A stretch of DNA of 64,000 nucleotides from a virus: IMG/VR virus record IMGVR_UViG_3300009999_000002; one strand, given 5' to 3'. Below are positions 31,601 through 38,700 of this stretch, one piece after another. Positions within the stretch are counted from its first letter, which is position 1. Every line of letters starts with the position of its first letter. The position numbers and the translations under genes are program-made. The notes beneath the pieces were generated by a model. The model saw nothing but the letters and a program-made list of their open reading frames with translations, did not search any database and was not told the DNA's origin.

Positions 31601-31664
31601 CACTAGAAATAATGACACTCCCACTGGGGTAGCATGGGTAGCAGTTTATGGAGGTAGTAGATAA
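22620..31664 (+). CDS. Giant repeat-containing tail fibre/adhesin (3014 aa)
   Basis: Coiled-coil repeats (RVTNAESSITT...IALKVAK), several carbohydrate-binding-like modules (GGRNLLPNS...KPKLEKG...WTP), seven DMxSDxKxTPxEK helical repeats and a C-terminal FPKAF lectin-like tip; followed by a fibre-chaperone-like gene. Confidence 0.75.
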   Translation: MTSKPRLIRYLENGEYKYASVKDIGDLNSLLTEEKSDIVSAINYLFSSGGASGVSPEAQAEFDKVYGRINTLDNATNSVSEKVVEVQGVIDTVSQKATSLETSQNALKADLDESLQEIQTQKEAQITLSEELAKKLDSTQYTQEYELISSELQNKANQLALDATNKDLGVVTKTTIPALENAIGQKLSITTYDDAVGVNKWVSSVYPVATGINLNTTAPTFDMFKGVNPTSVEEVVDEAIIPVKSGTNQITHLFARVYLKVAKTISLNILFDDSIAIYMNGASVYQSKFLGSTRGTASLSLRTGWNTIEILHGQATGTPVLDLGTKISSLVDRFTSVVGVGDKNETRLSRAETELIQTTEKIELKASQTDVANIGNRVTSAEGQLVVQSNQIASKVSQSTFDGYTQRVTNAESNITQLSDTIATKVAKTDYDNLNSKVTTQATTITQLSDSITTKANKTDVDALSGRVSTTETSIVQANNAIALKASQSSLDTLSGRVTNAESSITTQADQIALKVAKTDMNSVSALNTLHNAEWLTSASKWSLGTGWSLDTTTKFQSSNTMKQIQSGATANNYYPLQSENISATAGDVFTGSIYVMTDDYTKFDQGATIEIDFFNSSNARISYPATSMALTSNSVWQRFTVTGTAPVGTTYARLRVHVGKNGRLWVARPMLQTGIFASIFTPHVDELATDLISRVSGAETSITQTNNAVALKANVTDVYTKTETDGKVTTAVTNAKSEIKATTDSITSTVSSISTSVDNLGTKVDSQATEIKQTKDDISLNVVKKDSIVASINASSEGIKMVASKIDLTGAVTINALDDTTKAKVNNAFNTTSSYNGVKIDATSGIVVTKSDNKVRTKMNATEGFKIQKSSDGVNYQDVLYADTNGVLYAKGLVIDSSSSIGGTMASTVVDNASNGAIAQSTVVNNQNVWGRASNINSDGTFNTTKLSGQVADAQIASASNWSLAKTRTDDMLSDMKVTPLEKSQLSRDWESIKAEYTQLSTQAVALGVTSTSYTTSYTNLDSTSPRIAQDVLAVMNTTYTFVSTSARDLFRTQINTYFAESQKLRKAISDKIQSNVDSVTVGGRNLLPNSAFASLSNSSSITSKHDNLYADYYGGYNAGITNPTTSYHAHVDTNTFGYPVYEYNESDGTRNWKAISVDLTNLVTEAGDYRLSLDAFQTLLGGKLFGGFYYTKQGTTTTSFHSGQYVIESTIGVNTWSRSTALVKLNNDVDWTKPVSFYIYGYGFSSNTVVYMKKPKLEKGTISSEWTPSNEDVQRMIDSANSNAIKANNMLSDMASDSKVTPTEKVQLKKEWSTIIAEKSTYESLATTYGITTEKTDFTTAYNNLNTSLNGSGGVLVDMTATSTVVGTTFRGTFNAYYDKKALLIKKVNEMSRTIGVNAQSTIDSNKPSWDLAKTRTDDMLSDMKVTPLEKSQLSRDWESIKAEYGQLSAQATALGVVSTAYVTAYTNLDGVTPRIATEVLASMSITYTFASTTARDLFKTQLNAYFAESQKLRKAVNDKIQSNVDNITIGGANLLTNSASSITTSPNDVGFGASVQTTLNGESFVRITPDSTKAVSQYRFLGSLFTTKLVVGSQYTLSLDVRPNADGKSNLYVRNGANDTNLSTSIQRDIKANVWTRISTTFTCDSSSVSELLMITTFDGIGKILDTKNWKLEKANVSSDWSPAPEDVQLLVSNASADAKKANDMLADMASDSKITPTEKVQLKKEWATITAEKVTYEALATTFGITTEKTNYSTSYNNLNTVLNGTGGVLLDMVTTSSVVGSTFRATFDDYYDKKALLIKKVNETSRSIGTTAQTTANSKSKTFTSQPTIPYSIGDIWVQGASGDVMHCVVSRTSGSYTASDWVKSTKYTDDTMANTASELATAISSGRMIYTDPTFKSGVNNLQVYNNSGNGAVTVSRITKPADAPTISGYAVEVKTTALANPNWGGVIVPLQARSGAKFIVKMIAKIPVGYTLNIASNLMGNGYSDRIITSNQGTGKYEEYIRLVKCGVDGAMSGGGHFYLSGGTTPTVDAPLVWNIAYATAYDVADIDSTIYDMVSDLKITPLEKNQLSRDWEAIKAEYTNINAQATSTSVSATAYTNAYNALDSGTPKIQAEILANMSTTYEFPSASARDLFKSQMVTYFSEREKIRKAISDAINSTAGSANSAISTNKSIWDKASNINADGTFNTGKLSGQVADTQITSASNWNSARSAVLDMSNDNKLTPIEKQSLKIEFDQIVKEKAQGDIVATTYGITTEKANYGASYTTLYNYVNPLLASLTTTSDITGATLRSYFNDYYDKATILSNAINTKAKSLADFAQATADAGINKASITKNALFNDWGATHANYPTGMNYWGTASLARKETSAVRDGSNALRFSGVTTADAGATLSTPFFKAGVANPKYLVVELGFYLVSGSPTGAGILLDWTGMASPNRAQATLQEMTPETIVTGKWYNATKVLKRPTDNITGFTSVSGYLMANYVGLGTKVDKDIIYDRLLVREASIEEIKAYEADIMISDMSSDGKITPVEKVQLKKEWATISSEKVSYEGLATTYGITTEKTNYVTSYNNLNTLLNGTNGVLLSMTTTSTVTATTFRATFDDYYDKKALLIKKVNETSRSLANSAQGTANTANTTANTVTTLTNGWKASDGVQINGGKVMANSITSREISVTSLSALSANLGTVTAGDIKGVNIDGSNFTASGYTKLDETGKGDRGSMNLNSQGMRYNYTFDSGNTSYPSGDGYSWYDSEGLIVSRTVGGLGGGTTKLNIKGLSYSGSGGSYNGGFNLVSDNDGKTILESTGGDLVLRTGVNNTVVESDIASFKKHVRIDGNLDLTQSTSKLTMPSNVYYTTGSGALDMKNSDITGANAIVFNDPSDTAGEGLLFLKDGKTSGSTSSADYDNLKAKGGVALFNDNSILHEGDIQIQTGYVSITPKPNIATDLIVKFPKAFSGTPRVMVSPNTTIPGYYTSGTWVSGVSSAGASSTQFTCFLTRNNDTPTGVAWVAVYGGSR

Positions 31665-32203
31665 TGAGAGTATATATTATCTGTGATGATGAGAAGAGGG
31701 TGCTTCACGTATCCACTTCTCCCTTCGCAGACAAATATCATGAAGTTGAAGTCGATGGTTATGAAATTTTTGATACGCCTGATTTGTTTGTTTACGAAGA
31801 AGGAGCCTTGAAAAAAGACGAAACGAAACAGCTCGAAAAAAGAAAGATTGCAAAAGATCAAGAACTAAATCAATCTTGCAACGATGCAATTATGGCAGGA
31901 TTTGATCATGTAATTGACGGAGTGAGTTACCACTTCTCATTTGATACCGAGGCACAATTAAACTTTCAAGGTATTAGACCGTTACTTGCTGAGGGTATCA
32001 TTAGTCAAGTCGACTGGACTGTATCTAAGGATGGAATATATCATCGTATTCCAGTAAACAAGAAACTGATGGATGAACTTACTGTCGCAATCTTGATGCA
32101 CAAGGACGGGAATGTAAGGAAATATCGAAACGTCTTGCTTCCGAAAGTATACGAAGCGACAACAATTGAAGAAGTAGATGAGATTAGTTGGAATAATATT
32201 TAA
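31664..32203 (+). CDS. Tail fibre assembly/chaperone protein (DUF4376-like)
   Basis: KIAKDQELNQSCNDAIMAGF...YHFSFDTEAQLNF...ATTIEEVDEISW pattern; coupled to the fibre gene (TAATG). Confidence 0.7.
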   Translation: MRVYIICDDEKRVLHVSTSPFADKYHEVEVDGYEIFDTPDLFVYEEGALKKDETKQLEKRKIAKDQELNQSCNDAIMAGFDHVIDGVSYHFSFDTEAQLNFQGIRPLLAEGIISQVDWTVSKDGIYHRIPVNKKLMDELTVAILMHKDGNVRKYRNVLLPKVYEATTIEEVDEISWNNI

Positions 32204-32281
32204 CTTAATTTAAGAGAAAGTATTGCAAGGGGAACTGATTGCTTATTGTGTATACCAAAACTAGAAAGGGTGTCACAATAA

Positions 32282-32791
32282 TTGAAGCACTTTATTAATG
32301 ATCATTCGGATGTCATGTTTGCATTCTCAATGACAGCAGTAACATTTTTGTTTGGAGGATGGGATAAGGCATTTATCGCATTTTGCGTATGTATCTCACT
32401 CGATGTACTAACAGGAGTTATCAAAGGACTACGATTTGGAGAGTTTTCGAGTAGACGAATGAGAGAAGGCTTTGCTACAAAGGCAGGCTATATCATTACC
32501 ATAATCTTGGCGACTGCACTCGACAGACTTTTGCCGGAAGAATTACCAATCTTGAGAACCATTTGTCTCTACTTCTACATCTTCGTTGAAGGTAGTAGTA
32601 TCGTGGAAAATCTTGCTCAGATGGGTGTTCCGATTCCTAAAGCCTTGGTTGACCGTCTTGAGGTAATTAATGGCAAAGGAGAAGGTCAAGCTGTTCGTGG
32701 AGAAAATGGAAGCTTCTTCTCTTCTGAGACAACTGAGACAGTTCAGGTTACTGAAAAAGTTATCATCAAGAAGGATGATAACTCAGATTAA
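32282..32791 (+). CDS. Holin (phage holin 4_1/TcdE-like family)
   Basis: FLFGGWD, DVLTGVIK, SSRRMREG..K and EGSSIVENLAQMGVPIP signature with transmembrane segments. Confidence 0.9.
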   Translation: MKHFINDHSDVMFAFSMTAVTFLFGGWDKAFIAFCVCISLDVLTGVIKGLRFGEFSSRRMREGFATKAGYIITIILATALDRLLPEELPILRTICLYFYIFVEGSSIVENLAQMGVPIPKALVDRLEVINGKGEGQAVRGENGSFFSSETTETVQVTEKVIIKKDDNSD

Positions 32792-32938
32792 TAAAATATG
32801 GGTTTCATTAAACAAATAATGAGACTCCATATTCAGAATCTGGTAGAATCAAAATGCAAGATAAGAATCGAAAAAGGGATAGTAGTAGAATTTAGCAACC
32901 CAGTATCCCTGACGCTAGATGGATTGGAGAATCTATAG

Positions 32939-33352
32939 ATGAAAGTATGCAAGCAGTGCAAAGAAGAAAAAGGATTTGAGTTCTTTTACTTTCGTGATGA
33001 GCGTGGTGCTTATCGAAGCATCTGTAAAAACTGTACAAATATAAATAGCGTATCTTATCGTAAAAAAAACAGGCAGAAAAAGAGAGACTTTGTAAACTCT
33101 TTTAAGCAAAGATGTGAAAAGTGCGGTGAGACTAGACATTACATGCTGGAATTCCATCATAAAGACTCTTCAAAAAAAGAGTTTACAATAGGAGACTTCA
33201 TGTATTCTAAAGGATCTACTAGAGAAGGAATTCTCAAGGAGATAGAAAAATGCGTTGTCCTTTGTGCTAATCATCATAGAGAATATCACTATCTTGAAAG
33301 AAGTGAGAACATTTCCCTTGCAAGCTATCTAGAACAGACCCACAGTCCTTAA
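32939..33352 (+). CDS. Free-standing HNH endonuclease with N-terminal zinc finger
   Basis: CxxC...CxxC, CEKCG...LEFHH...KCVVLCANHHREYH. Confidence 0.85.
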   Translation: MKVCKQCKEEKGFEFFYFRDERGAYRSICKNCTNINSVSYRKKNRQKKRDFVNSFKQRCEKCGETRHYMLEFHHKDSSKKEFTIGDFMYSKGSTREGILKEIEKCVVLCANHHREYHYLERSENISLASYLEQTHSP

Positions 33353-33396
33353 TCGGATGGTTGAAGCTGTTAGGCTAAATAAAAGTTTTGCAAATA

Positions 33397-33432
33397 AAAA
33401 GGGGTTTGGTATTGACTACCAAGCTCCTTTTT
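33397..33432 (+). terminator. Intrinsic terminator (overlaps a TTGACT promoter element)
   Basis: AAAAGGGGTTTGGTA-ttgac-TACCAAGCTCCTTTTT. Confidence 0.6.
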
Positions 33433-33488
33433 GGTATTCTTTAATAGTAAGTTAAACAAAAGTATTGCAATTATAAGGAGATGGAAAA

Positions 33489-34139
33489 ATGTCAGTTAAT
33501 ATTTCGAAATTAGGTCTCGGTAATCCGCAGATCTCTCGCTTAGTTCGTGAGCGCATCAATACACCAAATGGAGCAATCAACGTATTCGAACCTTCCGTAC
33601 AGGATTTAGAAACGATTCTAGAAATCCAACGCAAGAATGGTTTCGATATGCAAACAGACTTAGTAGAATTCAATGAAGAAACTATGGTAAAGGAAATCTT
33701 CCCATTACTTACGGATATTGATTTCGAAGGAATGAGCCAAGAAGAATTGGATGCAGTCTTAGCAAATCCTACAGTACACTTGCTGATCGCACAGAACATC
33801 ATCTCACAGATCATTGCCGAGGCTAACAAGCTGTTCGCTCATCGCATCAAGGCTGATCTCGCAAATGCAGATTCTGTACTCACTCAAGTTGAATTAATCA
33901 GCTCGATCCCTTCACTCATTGAAGAGACGGCAAAACGCAATCCTGAAGTGGCTAAGCAGGTAGAAGCTATTCGTGAAGCAACATTGGCTTTCGCTGAAGA
34001 TATGGACTTAGAAGAAGATGGTCAGGAACCTGAATCTACTGATGAGCCTGAATCGAATCCAGAAACAGAAACAGAGACAGAAGCGGATTCAGAACCAGAG
34101 CAGGCTACAGAGGCTCCGGAAAATGACAAGACTATTTGA
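33489..34139 (+). CDS. Putative tail assembly chaperone with acidic C-terminal tail
   Basis: Position upstream of the tape measure gene; AAGGAG RBS. Confidence 0.5.
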   Translation: MSVNISKLGLGNPQISRLVRERINTPNGAINVFEPSVQDLETILEIQRKNGFDMQTDLVEFNEETMVKEIFPLLTDIDFEGMSQEELDAVLANPTVHLLIAQNIISQIIAEANKLFAHRIKADLANADSVLTQVELISSIPSLIEETAKRNPEVAKQVEAIREATLAFAEDMDLEEDGQEPESTDEPESNPETETETEADSEPEQATEAPENDKTI

Positions 34140-34614
34140 TGACGTAGGCTCTCTCCAGAGACAGCTTAAATCGGACATCATGACATCGATCCAGAATAAG
34201 CTTTTCGAAATTTGTGAAGAGGTGGTTCACGACAGCCTGCTAAAGAATGTCTACAGCTACGCCTCTTCTGGAGACTTTCCGTATGACCGCACGATGGATT
34301 TGTTCCATTCGGTAACAGTGGATAATCTGACGATCGGAACAAAGTACGCTTCGTTTGATGTCTACATGGATTCATCTAAGATTAATGCTCATATCACTCA
34401 GCCTTGGGAATGGAATCAACACGCATCTGTCGAAGAGATGGATGTTGCGGAGTACATTCCATTATGGTTAGAGGAAGGTACGGATGGGTCGCTATGGGAT
34501 CATGATGGCGCTCACTATATGGAGCAAGCTTGGATGAAGTTGGACGATGATTTGGCAGGAGCTTTGGCTCGAGCCATGAGATCATTGGGATGGGAAGTAA
34601 TTGACGTATCATAG
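34123..34614 (+). CDS. Putative tail/neck protein (HK97 gp10-like)
   Basis: NVYSY...YDRTMDL motif; likely ATG at 34123 overlapping the upstream gene end. Confidence 0.5.
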   Translation: MTRLFDDVGSLQRQLKSDIMTSIQNKLFEICEEVVHDSLLKNVYSYASSGDFPYDRTMDLFHSVTVDNLTIGTKYASFDVYMDSSKINAHITQPWEWNQHASVEEMDVAEYIPLWLEEGTDGSLWDHDGAHYMEQAWMKLDDDLAGALARAMRSLGWEVIDVS

Positions 34615-34631
34615 GGGATTCGGTTCGACTG

Positions 34632-35696
34632 TTGGCAGAAAGGTTGGTGCCTACAGTGGCAGAACAGAAAAGGGTTTATAATCGCTACTTTACGAAAGAT
34701 AAACTAGCCAAAAGAAATCCAAAGAGCGTTAAGGATTACGATAAGTATCTCCGCTCAAACATCATTAAAAACAAAGATGTCAAAGACACCACTTATAAGA
34801 CTTACCAGAACTACTTCAATCAGTTCCTAGTATATCTAGAAGAAGAGTGGGACAACATTCATATCCTGAGCGATGAGTTCATGGAGGATGCGATTGACAT
34901 CATGGAAGGATTTATCGGATTCCTGCAAGAAACACTCGGTAATAACAAGAAAGTCATCAATACGAAGCTTTCTGCAGTGTCTAGCTTCTATGTTTGGGCA
35001 ATGAAGCGTGGTCAGATTGAAAAGCATCCGTTTGATAAGAAGCTTGACCGTATGCGTGGAGCAAATGATGAGAAGTTGATTAACCATTACTTCTTATCAC
35101 AAGAGGAAGTTGACTTTGTAACGAATACTCTTCATGAAGATTACGTGAAAGAGAAGGGTCGCAAATACGACATTCAACATCTGTTGATTTGGCATTTGAT
35201 GATCGACTCGGCTAACCGGAATGGTGCCATCTCGAAACTCGTATGGTCGAAGCTAGACATGGAAAACATGCTGTTTGAAGACATTCGTGAAAAGCGTGGG
35301 AAGCGTGTCGAGGTTGCCTTTGAAGAAGAGACAGCTAAGCTCCTCAAGCAATGGATGGAAATGCGCAAGGATATGGATAACCTTGAGTGCGATTCAGTAT
35401 TCCTTGTACGGAAAGATGGCGAGTACAAAGCGATGTCTCAGACGTCTATTTATATGAGAGTCAGAAAGATCGGAAACATTTTGGGACTGGATGATCTTCA
35501 TCCTCACTGTTTGAGAAAGACTGCAATTAACCGTGTAGTAGAAGAGACTGGAGATCTTACTTTGGCGCAAGAAATTGCGAACCATAATGATATCTCAACG
35601 ACTTCGAAACACTACGTTAAGCCTAAGTCCAAGGTTGAGATTCGTGAGAAGCTCAGAAAACTCAAAGAGTCCAAGATGTCAGCGAACCAAAACTAA
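34632..35696 (+). CDS. Tyrosine recombinase (XerC/D-like)
   Basis: Catalytic set intact: R (ANRNGAI), K (EKRGK), HxxR (HCLR), H (ANHNDI), Y (KHYV); SAM-like N-terminal domain (KLSAVSSFY). Confidence 0.92.
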   Translation: MAERLVPTVAEQKRVYNRYFTKDKLAKRNPKSVKDYDKYLRSNIIKNKDVKDTTYKTYQNYFNQFLVYLEEEWDNIHILSDEFMEDAIDIMEGFIGFLQETLGNNKKVINTKLSAVSSFYVWAMKRGQIEKHPFDKKLDRMRGANDEKLINHYFLSQEEVDFVTNTLHEDYVKEKGRKYDIQHLLIWHLMIDSANRNGAISKLVWSKLDMENMLFEDIREKRGKRVEVAFEEETAKLLKQWMEMRKDMDNLECDSVFLVRKDGEYKAMSQTSIYMRVRKIGNILGLDDLHPHCLRKTAINRVVEETGDLTLAQEIANHNDISTTSKHYVKPKSKVEIREKLRKLKESKMSANQN

Positions 35697-35727
35697 ACAA
35701 AAGTATTGCAAGTGAGGTGTTAAATTA

Positions 35728-38700
35728 GTGTCAAACAAGATTGGTATTAAAGTGCAAGTCGAGTTTCCAAGTGCAACGGAGATTCGTGAAAAACTTGCAG
35801 AGAAGTGGCGATCTGTTAAGGATGACTTTACCGGAAAGATTAATGTAGATGTCGACCTGAACAGTATGAGAAAGATGAAGGCTAAAATCCAGAAATCACT
35901 GGATGAGAAGACCTTTGATCTCAAGATGGACACATCCCACGCCATTACAGCTATCAATAAAATCGACAAGGAGCTTTTACAGTTCGATAAGAATGTCGGT
36001 AAAACTCGTGAGATTAAGCTTAAGTTTGACGCTACCTCCCTTCAGAAGCCTTTTGAAGAAATTCTAAAGGCTTCTAGAAAGGTTGAGGAAGAACAGGACA
36101 AGATTAATCATAACACCAACCGTGAGACTGGAGACTTGCAGAAGCAACTCGGTCAATATGACAAGATCACACGGAAGTACAAAGAGATTGATGGCAAGAT
36201 GGTCAATGTCAAAGTTAAGACAGACTATAGCGACGACGGAATTAAAACAAGTCGGACAATCGATTCTAAAGGTGTAACAGAGGATGTTTCGGAAGATAAG
36301 CTTGGTAATCGCCTCGCTGATCTAAAAGAAATTGAAGCTCTAATGAAGCAGATCCACAAGATTGATATTGAGCAAGTCAGTGCTGAAGCAGATTATAATG
36401 CGATGCTTGAGAAAGAGAAACAGATTCAGCAACAACAGCTCGGCATGCTAAAAGAGCAGTATCAAGTCAAACACGGCATGAATGCTATGGACGACAATGG
36501 AACGAAGGAACTTGCTCGTAAACAGCAGGTGACAAAGGAACTGAAGGAGCAATTAGCCTTCCAGAAACTCATCGCTCAAGAGGATAAAGAGATTGCAAAT
36601 GACGTCTCAAAGATCGCACAGTTAGAGAATAAGCGTCACTCTATTAAGATGAAGCTTGTCAATGCAACTCAGGAAGAAAAGGAAGCATTGCGCTCCCAAC
36701 TTACTCACTTCTATGATATCCAAAAATCAATTGAGGATACACTCGGCACATCTAGAAAGATGACGGCAGAGCAGGAAGAAGAGCTTGGCAACATCCGGAA
36801 CATCAACAAGCTTGAACTGGAACGAGCTAGAGCTAAGAAGGAACAAGCGGAAGCTGATCGTGTAGCATCTGCAGAACAGAAACGTCTTGCGCAAGAACAA
36901 AAGGAAGCTAACCGTCAAGTCATCTCTGACTTGGAAGCCATCCATCGATTACGACTTCAAATCGCTAAGATTGAATCACGTCGGGATGCAGGTGGTCGAT
37001 TCTCTCAAGAAGATAATCTGAAGCTTCAACTCATGAAACAGGAACTCGAAACTCAAAGCAAGATGGCTCGTGAGGATCGCAATTTACTCACCTCTCAAGG
37101 TTTAATTACTAAGGAGACGAGTGAACAGCTTCGTATGATGCATCAGATCAACCAAGCCGAGATTCAGCGTGTACAAGGCGCTCAGAGATTGGTTGCTGAA
37201 AGTGATAAGACGAATGATCAGTATCGTCAATGGGTCAAGGCAGAGCAGAACATCGCTCGATTACGTCGAGACCTTGTGTTCGCAGGAATGCGTGAAAAAG
37301 AGGTTATTCTAGAAGCAATCGGAGCTGAACAAGCTAAATCGGATGCTATCAGAGAATCTCTCAGCAATGCGAAGATGCTTACAAAAGAACGTCATAAAGA
37401 GATTCAAGCCATTCGTGAGACGGCTAAGGAGCAACTTCAGACGAACTCGGCACGACGGATCGCTCGTGAGCGTGACCAGTCATTTAATGATACGGGCGGA
37501 TTAATTGATCCTTACACGGTTTACGCAGAAGGACGTCAAGGTGTCGAACAGATGCTTGACCAGATGCTTCTTCTCGATGAGGCATTTATGCGAGTGGCGA
37601 AGGTAGCAAACGCTTCCGATGAAACTCTTCAAAACTTCAAGGACACTTCGTATGATGTAGCCTCTGAGCTTGGTGTAACAGCAGATCAGTACATGATGGC
37701 TGTAGAGACATGGGTAACGGCAGGTGAGACCTTCCAAAAATCGCAAGAACTCGCTAAGATCTCTCAAATCGGTTCTTTCGTAGGTAACATTGAAGCGGAA
37801 GATATGGTTAAGTACATGTCGGTTCCATTAAAAGCCTATACAGATGAAGGTGTCAAAGCTAACGATATCATCAATACAATGAACGAAACTGCCAATAACA
37901 ATGCTATCGAAATGGATGAGCTTGGTAAGGCATATATGCGTTCTGCTACGACTGTAAAAACCGCAGGAGTATCGTTCTCTGAATTAACTGGTTTGATCAC
38001 GGGTGCGCAAGAAGCAACTCGTATTGGTGGGGAGCGAATCGGTACCTCGCTTAAAGCAATCTCAATGAACTACAACTTGATCAAGTCTCAGGTTACTCCA
38101 CAGCAACAAGCCAAGTTCGACTTCTTCCATGACATTGGAATGGACTTAGACACGACAACTAGCTTAACGGATGCTATCGATAAACTTCATGGTAAGTGGA
38201 AGGAGTTAAAAGCCGAACAAAGAACAACTGCTGTTTACTACCTTGCAGGTAAGGAACACGGTAACATCTTGAACGGTATTATCTCGCAGTGGGAAACGGT
38301 AGTTAAGGCTGAGAAAGAAGCTCGTCAGCAATTAGGACGTGGCGTCGATGGATCGGCATATATCGAGTTCTCCAAGCAGACAGACTCATTGCGATTCAAA
38401 ATGGCTAAGCTGAAATCTGAATGGATGAAGCTGATGAATACACTGGGAGAGTCAGACGGATTAATGTCTAACCTACTGGGCGGAGTCATCAAGGGTCTTC
38501 AGACAGCAAGTGATCTTGTTCAGAACGAAGCTTTCATGAACGTTCTTAAAATCATTGGCGCAGGTATCATCACTCGTGCAGGTGCAAATATGTTTATGCG
38601 AGTTTGGGACACGATGTCGACTGGTGGTAAAAACGCTGTCCGGACGGCAGGCGAGTTGCTACTTGCATGGAAGAATATCGGTCGTGAGATTGGTGAAGCC

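Noticed and set aside
22620..31664. Diversity-generating retroelement acting on the adhesin
   Set aside because: No reverse transcriptase in the window and no adenine-specific TR/VR pair seen; repeats differ mainly at synonymous positions.
32792..33395. Group I intron around the HNH gene
   Set aside because: No interrupted host gene and no convincing P7/R-S core sequences identified by eye.
34018..34139. Programmed -1 frameshift (tail chaperone G/GT type) between the overlapping ORFs
   Set aside because: The downstream ORF is in the +1 frame, has its own ATG at 34123, and I see no XXXYYYZ slippery heptamer at the overlap.
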